A stretch of 63,994 nucleotides of DNA, filler included, from Streblomastix strix (GCA_008636045.1; 4 parts of 4 records of this genome joined end to end with filler, not necessarily neighbours in it), one strand, 5' to 3'. Numbered from the whole stretch's first letter, positions 32,720 to 46,300 are shown. Notes: generated by a model not told the origin, from the letters alone. A program made the numbers and translations.

Positions 32720-35700
32720 ATGAAGAAATTTTCAAAATAAGAATAACATCATGAACGTTAATTTTAACACAATAATGATATACATAACAGTTAAACATTA
32801 GAAAACTTTCATAAAACACCTGATATATACTTAGATAGTATGTTCAAAACAAATGAAGAAGAGATTGATAAGATGCATTAAAAATATATAAATAGACAAT
32901 TCAATTAAACATAAGAAAATAATGTTATATAACTCTATGCGATGCAGCTGATGAAGTTAAATTTAATGTGATAAAGAATAGAACTCCTTAATGGCATGAC
33001 GAAAATACTTCAATACTAACATTCTCAGTTAATAACAACATCGATCCAAGAGAGAAACTTATAAAGTCATATTATAAGAACCTAGCTAATCTAAATAAAA
33101 TTGAAACATATTTTGATTAAATTTATTGACAAGTGTAGCGTTCTGCATTTAAAATAAGAGCCGAATTTGGTACAATAATTGAAACATCTGAATATGATGG
33201 AAATGAGTAAAGGATTAGCTATAAATACATACTTCTAGTAGATTCAAATACATAAAGAAGCGTTCCATTAATTATAAAATCATAAGAAAATATAGAACGT
33301 AATAAACATTATATGTATGATGTTATTGCAAGAATTTAAGAGAGGAAATAAGAAGATATTTATTAAAAATTATTGCAAGATTATCAATAATGATATGGAT
33401 TTATAAATTTTCATTAGCTGATGCAACTATCCCTTCATTTTAGAAACACATCAAACGAAGAAAAGTTTACTATATAGAATGCAAATAGAATCTATCTTTC
33501 TTTTCTGCTTAAAGCTTTATTACAATGCCTAACTCAAATGAAAAAAATGATGGAATGGTAATTCTAGAAGAGCTGAAAGAAAAAGAATATTTAAAAGAAT
33601 TTTTGGAAATAAATTTTATGATCCGTATTAAGGCTTCAATTTTGTTACAGAGATTGATGAATTCATTGATAAAGAATAAATTAATGTGCATGTATTTACG
33701 CATTTAGATAATGATTAATTTCCTATTTTTTACGCTATCTATCCTTATAATTGTGACGCATCAGAAAGAGACTTTAATGGGCTTCTCATAAATAATGGGA
33801 TAATTGCTCAAATTTCATATGTTTCTGATGTCTAGGCATAAACTGGATATCATTATTATTAAATAAGTAAGTTATAAGCGTTTAATACATCAAATCCTAA
33901 TATAAATAGAGATATGATGAGATAAATGGAAAAATGTAAGAAAAATAATGGTTAGATTGTTAAAATGCTATCGTAGAGAAATTTGCTAGACTATTCTTTT
34001 CAAACATACTAAATAATATTAGTTACAGATATCTATTTCTGAATAGTAAAAAGATTGAATTTAAATCAACTGAATATAATAATATTTAGAATATAAAATC
34101 ATTTCAGATATTTGTAACGTAAAATTTTTGTGAAGATTCAATGTTTGAATCTTCTTTCATTCCTTATTGCATTGCATCAACAGTAAAGAACAAATCTAAT
34201 ATCCGTTCATTCCGCTATGATATTCGATAGGCTAACTTTTTGGATTAATAGTTAAATTAGGTATTTGAAGAAGCGAAGTAAATAAATAAAGATAATAAAT
34301 CTGAATACGAAAGTATACCACAACTTTTTGAAGTTCCAGTAATAGGTTTAAATTCAACTAAGTTTGATGTATCATTAGTGGTTAAGAATTTGAAATCAAA
34401 GAATTGGAGAATCATTAAGCATATAGCTAGTGGAACCGTTACTAAATTGATAATTGTTAGACATAATGAAACACATTTTTAGTTAAGATTCGTTGATGCA
34501 ATGATCTATTGTAATAAGATGGGGTTTAAGAAAGTTATTCTAGATATTGAAAGCGCATCAATGCAAAAAGGTAAATTTCTTCACTAATATATCAATTCTA
34601 ATAACTATACTACTGAAATTAATAAATCGGAATCATTTTATGGAGAAATTTTCGAGAATAAATTAAAGATTAAATCAAAAAATTAAGAGAAATATAAAAA
34701 GAATCTATTCAAAGCAGCAAAGTTAGCAATTAGATGTGATTAAGCAAGGTCTTATAATATACAGAACTCACGTGTTATGATAAAGCCTTTAGATAATTTA
34801 ATCAAAATGATAATAAAATATAAGATAGATATGCCTGCTATATTTAGTATGTCTTAATGCGCAATGCTATAAAATATTCTAGTGAATACGATGACTTTAA
34901 AATGAATGGATATTATAATATAGATGATTCTGATGAATATATTAATATAACTACGTTATTGGACTACTAAGGTTGAAAGTTATATTAAATAAGTTATAGA
35001 AAAAGAATCGAGATTCAAATAATAATGAAACCATTGATGATTATGAATATTTTAAAGAATTATTCGAAAAATAACGATGTTATATCTGTAATAGTAAGTT
35101 TTCAAGGAAAAATCGTCCTACGTTAGATTGAATCTATATGGAATTGTGCCATCCGTAAAATAATGTACTTCCAAGCTGTTCGAATTTTAATAAGAATAAG
35201 TGTGATAGAAATGAAAAATAAAAGAAACAAAGGATATAATTAAGGAAAAATTGTTTAATGAAACAATTACCAATATCATTAACAAATTAAGATGCTTATT
35301 AAATAATTAGAAAAGATATTACAGGTGGATTGAATAAAGTGTTGCATCAATATAATGTTGCGGGAGATACAAGGATCAATCATCTAGAATAGTCAGATAA
35401 AAAATATATTCAATTTATTCAGAAAATGTAATGACACATGCGATTTAGCTAGATTTTGATAGTTAATATGCATCAATAATGAATTCATAAATGCATCCAT
35501 TCATCCTATTCATTTGTCATAAGATGTGTATGTGTGGATAAGTATTTGAATATACAATTGATTTGTATAGATGTAATGGCACAATTTACAATTAAAATAG
35601 ATTTACAGAAAATGAAGAAACATGCTAATCTATTCCATTATTCATAGCATAAGTTCGTCGATTCATTGAAGATAATTATATTATTATAGCATTAATTTCC

Positions 35701-36815
35701 TTCCAATTATCAGAAATATTAATTTAATGACTAATGAAGAAACTATTGGAATATATATATATATATATATATAAATCTAGATGATAATAACTCTCCAGGA
35801 GATAAAATAGAAAGAAAGTTAACAAATATAGTCGATATGCATAACGAATTAATTTCAATCTAATATTATTATTTATGGTTATTGATAAATAACATTCATT
35901 TTATTATTATAGTTGAGAATTATTCGGTTATTTCATTCAGTAAAATTGATAAATTTAATTGATTCGGTAAAGATTTTATGCCGTAGTGTGGTGATGCTAA
36001 AGCGTAGAAGAATGATGGGGTTGCAAAATTCTGTGAACTAATTTTAAATTCAGATTTTGAAGGAATTTAATTGAATAATGAAAAATATAGAAATATTAGA
36101 TTATATGATGATGAACACACATTCTAATTGATTCATTTTAATCGTACTATAATGATACAGAAATTGCAGATAAATTACATGCAGTTTAAGTGGATTCTGA
36201 ATATTGTAGGTGTAATAACTGTTTGTAAGTAGGATATTTCACATTAGATTCTGCAAAGTATTTATATATTAATTTCATATATAATTTCTTGTGCAAAGTG
36301 TTCGATTAAACGAAGATGCATATTGTTTAATTGAATACCGATAGTTTGACATATTCTATAAGTGGTGATAAAAATAGAGATCCTGAATAATTATTTGATG
36401 CAATAATTAAAGATATTGATTTCTATTATAAAATAAAAGATTCTTCCTAAATGAATATAATTAGAGAAAGATATTAGGTGTACTCATTGAAAAATAAGGA
36501 TTAAATTGCATTGCATTAAGTCCTAAGAATTATATCATAAATGATGAGTGCGGTGATGTATCACTAGTGGTTAAAAGTATTATTTTTAGATAGAATCCTT
36601 AGATAAATGAATAGACATTTGTGGATAATATTAAATCAGGAATTGAAATGAAAATAATTAATATAATACTCGCATAAAAGAATAAAATAATGAGCAAGTT
36701 GCCTATGATTAAAAATGGTATATCAGGATCTTTGACTAAAATGATAATATCAGAGAATCAATCTTGTTGTCCATAAATGAATAATATGAAAGCCTCAGAT
36801 TATTAAATTAAATAG
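32720..36815 (+). pseudogene. Full-length pPolB with HNH insertion, heavily decayed
   Basis: ExoII GLNSTKFD (~34345), HNH remnant CYICNSKF...PTLD*I (~35078-35135), motif A LDFDSQYAS (~35450), motif B remnant ELILNSDF (~36035), motif C LNTDSL (~36330), ALSPKNY (~36513). Confidence 0.9.
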
Positions 36816-36936
36816 TAATTCTATTATTTTTATTTTATCGAAAACAGAAAATAAAAGAAACAATATAACGAGGTTAATGTACAAAATAATGATATATAAT
36901 GAATAAATGCAACACGATCTATTAGTGATTTATCGA

Positions 36937-38620
36937 TGCAACCATAACTAATGCTTGAAAGATTAGATAAATTAGAGGCAAAATTAAAAACAAAAATTAG
37001 TAAATAGCGATAATAATCTAAGTTGGAATGACTAAAATAGAATATTAATAACAGAATAATAGATTCATATATTGAAAATATATCATAAAATAGAATATAT
37101 AACGTATAAGAGGATTTTTATGAAGCTTGAAATAATTATATGGAAAATCTAGAAGAGAAATTCGAGAAGATTAACCATTGAATGATTTATTATTATCTAT
37201 TGAAACGGCATTTGAATCAATATTTATACGATTATGCACTAATGTTACTTTTGCTATTGAAGCTTTTGAATCATTGCACAAAAAATGGAAAGGTATTTGG
37301 AAAATTATCTATGAAGCAGGTATCAAATATGCATATGAATCAAAATTTTGTAGATGATCTACTATTGATACACTTAGTTATTTTTGAAGTTGAAATATAA
37401 AGTGCTGGTGATATAGATTATACAGATTATAGAATGATTCTGATTATAGAATATCTTGGTCAGATTCATTAGCCAATGACATTATCTGTATTCATTAGAA
37501 ATATGCGCATAACTAGAAGTAAAAATGAAACATAAGAATAAAAGAAAATGCAGATATAAATAAATATGAAAGTAAGTTAATAGAATAGAGAAATTAGATA
37601 TATTGAACAGAAATATAGAAATATAATGTATCAAAGCGTTAATTATTACTTAAATATCTTCAATCAACTCTTAAATTAGAGAATTGGACAGTAATTAATT
37701 CTCACTAACTAATATAGAACAAAGAAAAAATATGCTTTATAAAATTAAATATAAAATTATTAATTGAAGCCTTTAAAGAGATTTCAAAGACCATACTTTA
37801 GTCCAAAGTTAGGATCATATGAAATTGATCTTGCATTCTCATACGATACAATCAAACATAGAGAATAAATATACTTATTTGCAATTAATATTATTATAAA
37901 ATATCTAGTATTTATATATCAATAATTGATAAGTCTGCAATTCAATTAAAAAATATTTTAATTAAATTATTTAATTCATAATATGTTAATAATATTAGAT
38001 CGGATGGAGAAATAGCATTGATAGATAAGGTAATTAAGAAATTCAGCTAAGATAATAATAAATCTTTATATTTCAATTCATCTCTATTTACAAACCATAA
38101 TAAAGCAGTGGATGGAGTTATTTGAATAATTAGAAAAGGATTTTGAGAGGATAATAGTTCGATGGCTAATTATAATTTAATGAAATATATGGTTGTGATA
38201 TACAATAACAATAAAAAAGTCGCATTCAATAATAAATATACTCCGTAATAAGTTCATTAATCCAGAGATTTAAAAGACATATTGATACGATATTAATTGA
38301 AATAATTGGATATAATTAAACAATAATAATAGTCAAAACATCTATAAGAATTCAATATTGGAAATATAACTATGATACATCTTGATAATGGAAGAATAAA
38401 AATAAAAACTTCAATAATAAGAAGAAATTTCAATGAATTAGCAACACTCATCACTTATAAGAATGGGAATGAGATATGTAAATTATTAAAATCAAATGAA
38501 CCAATCAGTTATGTAGAGCTATTTATACATTATTCTAAATTCATTAGTGATGATATAAATTCGTTACCGGCAAATTATAAAAGTTAATTTAATATAAAAA
38601 ATTGAGATATTTATAAAAAG
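36937..38620 (+). pseudogene. rve integrase with D-D(35)-D triad and N-terminal extension
   Basis: GSYEIDL (D 37827), NIRSDGE (D 38003), NHNKAVDGVI (D 38111), YNNNKKVAFNNKYTP, and a C-terminal RRNFNELA...NGN shared with the element A integrase. Start is approximate. Confidence 0.8.
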
Positions 38621-38627
38621 TAAATAC

Positions 38628-39039
38628 ATGCAATCATTGAAACAAAACAAACCCGTAAAATATTAGTAAAGAAACCAGTTCTGTAATTTATTGAAAAATA
38701 ATCTAGTCCAATTGATGACGTCCTTCATGCACAATTAATCGTTCAGACTCCTATTAATAATACTCCTTTTATTTAAGTTAAATCGGAACAGAAAAAAAAG
38801 AATCTAGTGGTAGAATTAAAAAGTATAGTAGCTCTGAAGAAGCTGATAAATTTGCTGCAGAGTAACATCAACATGTTTAATAAAAATATATAATCTATCG
38901 ATAAGATTTTAGAACAAAAGCCAATGATTTGGAATTAATTTTGATTCGACATCTTCAGAAAATTATTATAACTAACGTATAGGATTTAATTAAAATTTGC
39001 GCAATAATTGATCGTTATAACTAATCAAATAATCAATGA
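38628..39039 (+). pseudogene. Small helical protein homologous to 2945-3337
   Basis: KYSSSEEADKFAAE...HLQKIIITNVQDLIKICAIIDRY, in the same position after the integrase. Confidence 0.55.
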
Positions 39040-39229
39040 ATTCACTTTACGCAAAACTAATGATTTTATGATTTATTTTGCAACTAAAATGAGTGGTAAT
39101 GGAGTGCATTAATGAATGCGTAAAAATCGCATATATCAATGAGATTATTTATCCAAGAGCATCGAATGCATTGAATTAAAAAATGTATTTCATTTCATAT
39201 GTGCTGAAGCTACTCGAAATAACATTAAA

Positions 39230-39804
39230 TTTTCCAAGTTCATCGAGTGCATTTTATGCATTGAATTATATGATCTACACAAAAGTTATTGCCAAATTAT
39301 ACATAATGCCATTAGATTTCTGCTATATATCCTATACTAATATTCCATGTCTCTAATTAATAATATTAACTCATGTATGTTAATGACGCCATATTCAATT
39401 TCAAAAGCTTCGACTCGATGCATAGGGACATTTAACATTAATTCATCATGATTGTAGAATAGGATTCAATAAATTCAATCACTACAATAATTATCTTAAA
39501 AGTGCATTAATTATTTTTTGAGCAATACATTCAATTGCCATAATGGCTGCACACAAAATGACCTATATTATTATATTCATTAGCCTATCAAATTAATACG
39601 GTGTATAAAAAGCAGAAATCTAATGGCAAAATAGTTAATATAGCAGCAATTTCATATATCAGCTTATGATTCAATGCACTCAAAGCATTCGATGAACATG
39701 GATAATTCACTTCATTTATCCACAGCGTTAGCACGTCACATTAGCTATAATTCTTCGTCTCGATGTACATGGACATTTAACATTAATTCTTCATAGTTGT
39801 AGAA
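39230..39804. repeat. Interleaved inverted and direct repeats in a non-coding interval
   Basis: Inverted arms ~39233-39330 and ~39603-39702, including a perfect 18 bp pair (39307-39324 / 39611-39628). Direct repeat of ~52 bp at 39408-39459 and 39753-39804. Confidence 0.85.
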
Positions 39805-39819
39805 CAAAAATAAATTCCA

Positions 39820-42236
39820 TTAATTTTATACATATTCATTTCCATCATTCCGTATCTTTTACTCAATTTATTCTTTAATCTCATCAGCTTCTTCATCTAA
39901 GATATTTTTATAAATTGATATCATTTTTTCTTTCAGTTAACTGATAATTTAACGTATTCCATCAGTTGGATTCTATGTTCTTTCATATGTATTTTTGATC
40001 GCTAATTAAAAATTTTTTAATTTCATATCAAATAGTTTCCAACCATCAAAAATATTGCAAGTAACTCCACCTCTAAATGATTTGAAATGAGTGGTAATTA
40101 TTTCATCAACAGGTGAGATTGATGCACGGATTATTTCTTACTTTGCTTAGGTCATTGAGATGTTTCTTAGAATAAGCTAAGAAATATCTTTAGCCATAAA
40201 GAATTAGAATAAATTTTAGAAAATATCTTCATTATAACTATTGCACAAATTAGTGAAGTATGTTGTTTATCCAAGATGAACTGAATTATATTTGCATACA
40301 ACACATCGTCTATTATTATTCTCTATTTTTAATGGAAAGATATTATTTGTAACGATTAATATATTTATTGTGTTCTCTACTTTATGCTTAGGAACATATT
40401 TCTTATATATCTCAAATAAACATTAAGTATATATTAATTTAATACATCCATATTTAACATTCTCGATTCTCCAAAATTCTTCATTTCATTAGCAATTGCC
40501 AACATCTTATTCTCAATAGCAGTATTGAATTTATTTACTAAGTTGTTGATATCAGTTACAGTTTTAGATGAATTTCCAGCAAAAAATTTGCATGGAACAT
40601 TAGTGAATAAATTCTTACTAATACTTCATAACCTTTGAAGTATAATCGATGTTTCAATATTTTTCCAACATTCTACACAATAAATGAAAACCAATTTAAT
40701 AAATATTTATAAATCAATTCATCATTCGCTGCAATAGTGTCTTTTACTGATCCAAAAAATTATTCTATTTTTATCTAATTCGTTTCTTCAAACTATATAT
40801 ATTTGAATCCCTACAATATATTGAATATATCTTGATTGTTACTAATGAATTTCATACCAATCTTCTCATATAATGAATGAAAATATTCTAATGCATCAAT
40901 TGCGGTGATATGCTTCATTCGATCTTTTCACAATCTAATTGAACGCAATTAATCATTTAAAATAGTCTTAAATTAATAATTCATAGTAATTTTTTCAATC
41001 GTACAATCGTATTTTGAATGATGTAACATCATCTGTTTTAACAAAATGCAACTTTACTTACCTTAAATAAACCTTATACAACTTAGTCTAATTTATTTTT
41101 CATATTTTCATTTAATGCTTTACTGGATATACTTATTAATGTGAATGAAACTTTTAAATCAATTTCATATTTCTCAATTTATTTAACTGTATCCAAAATT
41201 TTCTATCATTTTCTAATTTCATAATTCTTTTTCAATAATAATTTAATAGTCTATTCAGATTAATCATTATGATGACATCTTAAGATATTTGTTAGAATCC
41301 TTGAATTAGTTTTGTGCTCACCATCGCTCATGGCTTATTCAAAATTCTTATCAACATTTGCAGATAGCTTATTATATTAGAATATATAATTAATTCCTTA
41401 TAATCTAATCTATTCATTAATGATTCCATATAATCTACAGAATATACTTAAAGGAGATACTTCCAAATTTATTGGTAAAGGAAAATTATGAATTTCTAGG
41501 TTCTTCAATCCATTAACACATCTTTATGCAAATTAATCATTTATTTATTTAATACTTCAATCATCTGAAATTTATTTACCAAATTTTCTATCATGCTGCT
41601 ATTATACATATTCTTGATGTAATTTCTCAATATCGACATTCAATTTATCAAGAATATCTCGTAAATTCGCTAAAATAGATTAATTTTTCCAACTATTAAT
41701 CGCTTCGTATTTGAGTGACTTTCATTTATTATTCTTTTTTCGAATTGATATATTTGGAGCAACAACTCAATTCTAAACTGTTTCTTTAATAACTTTTCTA
41801 TTTTCTATTTTATATAAATTCATTTATGCAAACACATCAATATCAAAATTCTCTCTTATGATTATTTTTATATTATGATTGGATAATAATCTATAATAAT
41901 TTCTATTGCAATATATGTGTAATCCATCTTGTGCAGTTTTAACTAATCCTACATTAACAGGATGCATATTATTTATTATATTTTATCATATTTATCAGTA
42001 TCTTCTATTAGTAATTTCTTGTTAATATCAAAGTCAATAACGCATAGATTATCGTCATCCATTAATGATAGATCAACTAATTTGCCTGAAATTTATGATT
42101 TATTACCTTCTTATTATCCTATTTTTGTGTAGTTCACTGTTTTAATCATTGCGTCCTTTGCATGTTCAATAACTGTTTTATCATCTTATAATTGCACATA
42201 CAATTCTCCTAATGGTTATATTGATTCAACAAAAAG
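39820..42236 (-). pseudogene. AEP primase-polymerase fused to a D5-like SF3 helicase
   Basis: LCVIDFDIN (DxD), VGLVKTAQDGLHIYCNR (His motif), VVAPN. Then NWFSFIVQN, a decayed Walker A, KFNTAIENKMLAIANE, TNNIFPLKIENNRRCVV. Frameshifted, and the 5' end abuts the element B TIR. Confidence 0.85.
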
Positions 42237-42325
42237 AATAATATATATGGACGGAACCAGAGAGCACTAATTCTGCCGCGTTATTTGTAACCATAATCTC
42301 CGCGCCAAATGACTTTTATTACTAA
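42237..42325. repeat. Left terminal inverted repeat of element B
   Basis: AATAATATATAT-GGACGGAACCAGAGAGC...GTAACCATAATCTCCGCGCCAAAT, the reverse complement of 14971-15059. Confidence 0.8.
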
Positions 42326-42328
42326 GCT

Positions 42329-42572
42329 CAATTCATCAATGTGATGCACTTATGATGTGGATAATTCTATGTAAATGTCTATGACTCAAATTATCACAAT
42401 TCATCAATGTGATATACAAATGATATTGACAATTCTATGTAAATATCTATGAATCAAATGAACACAATTCATCAATGTGATGCACTTATGATGTGGATAA
42501 TTCTACGTAAATGTCTATGACTCAAATGAACCAAATTCATCAATGTTATGTGTAAATGATATGGATTATTAT
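42329..42572. repeat. 68-bp subterminal tandem repeat, ~3.6 copies
   Basis: Units start at 42329, 42397, 42465 and 42533 (xAATTCATCAATGT...). Units 1 and 3 are nearly identical, giving an alternating A-B-A-B pattern. Confidence 0.92.
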
Positions 42573-42884
42573 TTAAAAATTATTCAAAAATATTAAAAAT
42601 TATTTGAAAATTTAACGAATTATTTTCAAAATTTATGAAAAAATTTAACAATTTTAACTACTAATTTCTTCACTGACTAATAGACCAATTATATCAATTA
42701 CTTATATATATAGTCTATATCACTACTTACATCACTAATATGTATAGTAATTATAATAGTGTCGTAGGGTTGTGTGTTAAAATAGTATGAAATAAATTGT
42801 TAAAATTTTTCAAATAATTTCAAATGTGGGTATACTTTATATATATCAATAATTAAAAATATTATAGATAAAAATAATAAATAA

Positions 42885-43253
42885 TCAATTGCTCGAAGAG
42901 TCAGAATTCAAAGCATTTATGCTATCAACTTTCTTCGGAAAGCCAGATTCGCTGACTGATTTGGAATCAGAATTTTCATTAACACTTTCACTCTAATCAC
43001 TTAACTAATTTATCGCTTATGGTGATAATTCATATTGTTTACAACGGTATAACCGATGTTATGAAATATGATAAACATTTATTTGATTATTTTTATGTAA
43101 AAATTTAAATTCTGGTATAGTAATATATTTATTCGATGTGAACGCTCTTACTGTAGATAATAATTCATAGTTCTTTTTTAAAAATTTACGTAATTCTTTA
43201 ACTGATTTGATTGATGGTATTTATATTAATAGAGACTTTAATTCCTATGTCAT
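42885..43253 (-). CDS. 122-aa hypothetical protein of element B
   Basis: Open frame MTQELKSLLIQIPSIKSVKELRKFLKKNYELL...DSSSN then TGA. Divergent from pPolB across a 76-bp gap. Confidence 0.7.
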
Positions 43254-43329
43254 TTATTAAAAAATAAAAATATCAAATTGCGCCAAAATCTCGCAAAAGA
43301 ATTTATTCAGTTTTTTACCTTTTCATAAA

Positions 43330-46300
43330 ATGGCAGAGAAATACAGGATGAGTAAATAATAGATTTAAAACCTACTAGATCAATTATAAGTTCAATATTT
43401 ACCTAATTATACTTCAGTTGAATTAAGAAATATGCTAACAAATGAATTGCATCGTTTGAATTATTAAGGTCATATAACTATTACAACTGAAATTGTAGCT
43501 TTTGTAAATCAAATTGTTGCTACAAGAAATGAACAACAGTAATAATAATTAGAATAAGTTGATCAATAACAATAACCTTAATTACAGCCATTAATTGAAC
43601 CAGTTAATGAATAGTAATAATAATTGAATAATGATTAACAATAACCTCAATTAACTACAAGTATTGATGATATCATAAACGATTTGAATTAATCTGACAA
43701 TTCAGATGAAGATCTATTCAGTCCTGATAAATACGGAGCTAATTACAAATAAAAATTTGAAGAAAGTGGTAGAAGATAGCGTATGTAATAATTGATACAA
43801 GCATAACAATAAATCACTAACTAGATACATTAATCGCAAAAGTCATTATAATCAATAAATGATATTTTAAGAGAAGAATTTGATTTGGAAGAATAGATTC
43901 AATAGCCAAAAGAGATTAATGAGAATTATAAGTAATTACTAGCTGATCAATAATTGAAACATTAATAAGAATTAGATTAATAAGAATAGTTACATCAATA
44001 AGAGATACAAGAATTGAAGGATAAATTAGAGAAATAGAATAAAGCAGCTATACTAATCCAAAAACATTATATAAGGCACTTAGCATAATAACTAATGAAG
44101 TAGTCAGTAAATGCTGCTAAAGTGATTTAAGGCAAATAGCGAACGCATAAGCTGTACGAAAAATTAGAATAGATAATCATCAATTAAAGATATAAGAGAT
44201 AGGGTGAAAAACCATTTAGACTACTCAGCTATTTGGAAGCAAAATTAGGAGCTAAAGAATTCAATAGAAGGGTTAAAAAGCTTAATGATGAGTATTATGG
44301 ATTACATAAGGATCATTTTAATGAACCAAATATAACAAAAACACAATAATTAAATAAAAATAGAGAACTCGAATAGAAAGAATTAGTTATCTTCACTCCA
44401 TAGAATTTATCAGCTTATTATGCCGCATTAGCTCAGGCACGCAAGAGATATTAAGAAAAGAATGAAGTCAATATTGAAGGTCTATCTGATGAGTTAATGA
44501 GGTCAAAAGATATACTCAATAAAGAACCATATATCTAATACTATTACAATCATTTCTATGACATATAGCAACTGAAAGTTAAAATCGACTTAGTATATGA
44601 GTTAGAGAAATCTAAACCCTATAAAGTATACATTGATTTTGGATCTATCTGGTAGAAAAAGAAACAAGTCTACAAGCATTAACAAACATTAGATGAGTAT
44701 CATTACACTCACACAGGTCCAAGTGCTGATAACAGTTACAAGGCTCTATCTAATACAGTAGTTCGAGATAAACAAACTAATGACTATTTCAAACAGAAAG
44801 ATGTTGACTTACTATCAGATTATTAAGACACAACTCATGAAGATTCAGCAACATTAAAGGTAGCAATATATTCGGTTTTGATTATTGTTTATAGACTACC
44901 ATTAGGGACTAAAATGGATAAAATATGTTAACACTTTAATAAGGAAGGTATTACTAGGGATATCGATTGTGAATACAATATTTGTTGGTTTTTAGTCGCA
45001 TCATTTGCTTTATATCCTGAGATTGATAATAATAAGAGTAGAGTTAGTGATGCTATTAAACTATTTCTCTAATACCATGACATTAATCCCTCTAGTAAAT
45101 TAAATAAGGTTAATAAATAATTATTCGAATAATATAAAGGATTCAATTTAGTTACTGATCTTGAAAGATATCAACAAATATCCAAACTAAATGTAATTAC
45201 ATACACATGTAATGAGATGAAACATAAAATCAACAGTAGAGATGTTGAATAATTCAGTAAATTTGAAGAATATATTATTGACAAGGACAATCTAACTGTT
45301 AATGTATTATTAGTGTCATTGTCATTTGTTGATGAAATCCATGCGATGTATATTAGTGATATAGATAAAGTTATTAATGGAAAACTCTGTCCACGCAACT
45401 GTTAGATGATATTTAATATTAAGAACTAACATTATAAGTGCGATCTTGTAAGGCATTTGAAATATTGTTAGGGTACTGAGACAGCCAAATAAGTTAAATT
45501 AGATCATTTATCAAAACCATATTATCCACATATATCAAATAATAAGTTACTCTAGAAATTAGTAGCAACAGCCTAATAAGAACTGTTAACTGCTACATTT
45601 AATTACATTACATTTGATTTTGAAACAGTAGAGAATATAATTAATGGTGTGGATAACTTAATTGCTTAATTAGAGCCGTTATCTGTAGCATTAGCAGCAA
45701 CAATAAATGACTAAATTACGACGTTATATTTTGATTTACGAAATGGAATTGATTTTATTGAATAATGGATAAGTTAATTGTTTGAAGTTGCTATTAAAGT
45801 TAATGAAGCTAATTAATCGAATATGCATGATATAACAATTGATGATAAGCATTACATTCCATATAAACCCCAAGTGTCTGTTACTGGATTCAATTCTAAG
45901 AAGTTCGATATGAATTTGTTACTCAAACATCTAATTAAAAATAAGACTAAAATTTAATATATGGGATCAACAACTTAAGCTAAATAGACTGTAGTATCAC
46001 ATTAGGATTATGAATTTGACTTGAGATTTATCGATATTTTATCATTCATTCCACCAAACAACACATTAAAGTAGTTTGTTGAGAAATTTGGTACTAAAGG
46101 TATAAAATTAACAAAGGGTATATTTCCACATGGTTCATTCAATTATGAAAACTATAAATAGGTGTTAGGGCTAACAACTCCATTTACTAAAGATGATTTC
46201 TATAACAAACTTAATAATAAGAATATTAGTGACGAAGATTATGAATAGTATTGTAATGATTCAATCAATTTTGAAAGTAGATGGGAGTATTTAAAGCATT

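Larger units (their letters stand above)
32317..42236. mobile_element. Degenerate Polinton-like element C (pPolB, integrase, small ORF, adjacent primase-helicase)
   Basis: Same pPolB-integrase-small ORF order as element A but divergent. All genes have frameshifts or TGA. Interrupted at ~42237 by element B. Confidence 0.75.

Noticed and set aside
42329..42572. 68-bp periodic repeats as a CRISPR array
   Set aside because: Whole units are repeated with no unique spacers, no cas genes are present, and the context is eukaryotic.
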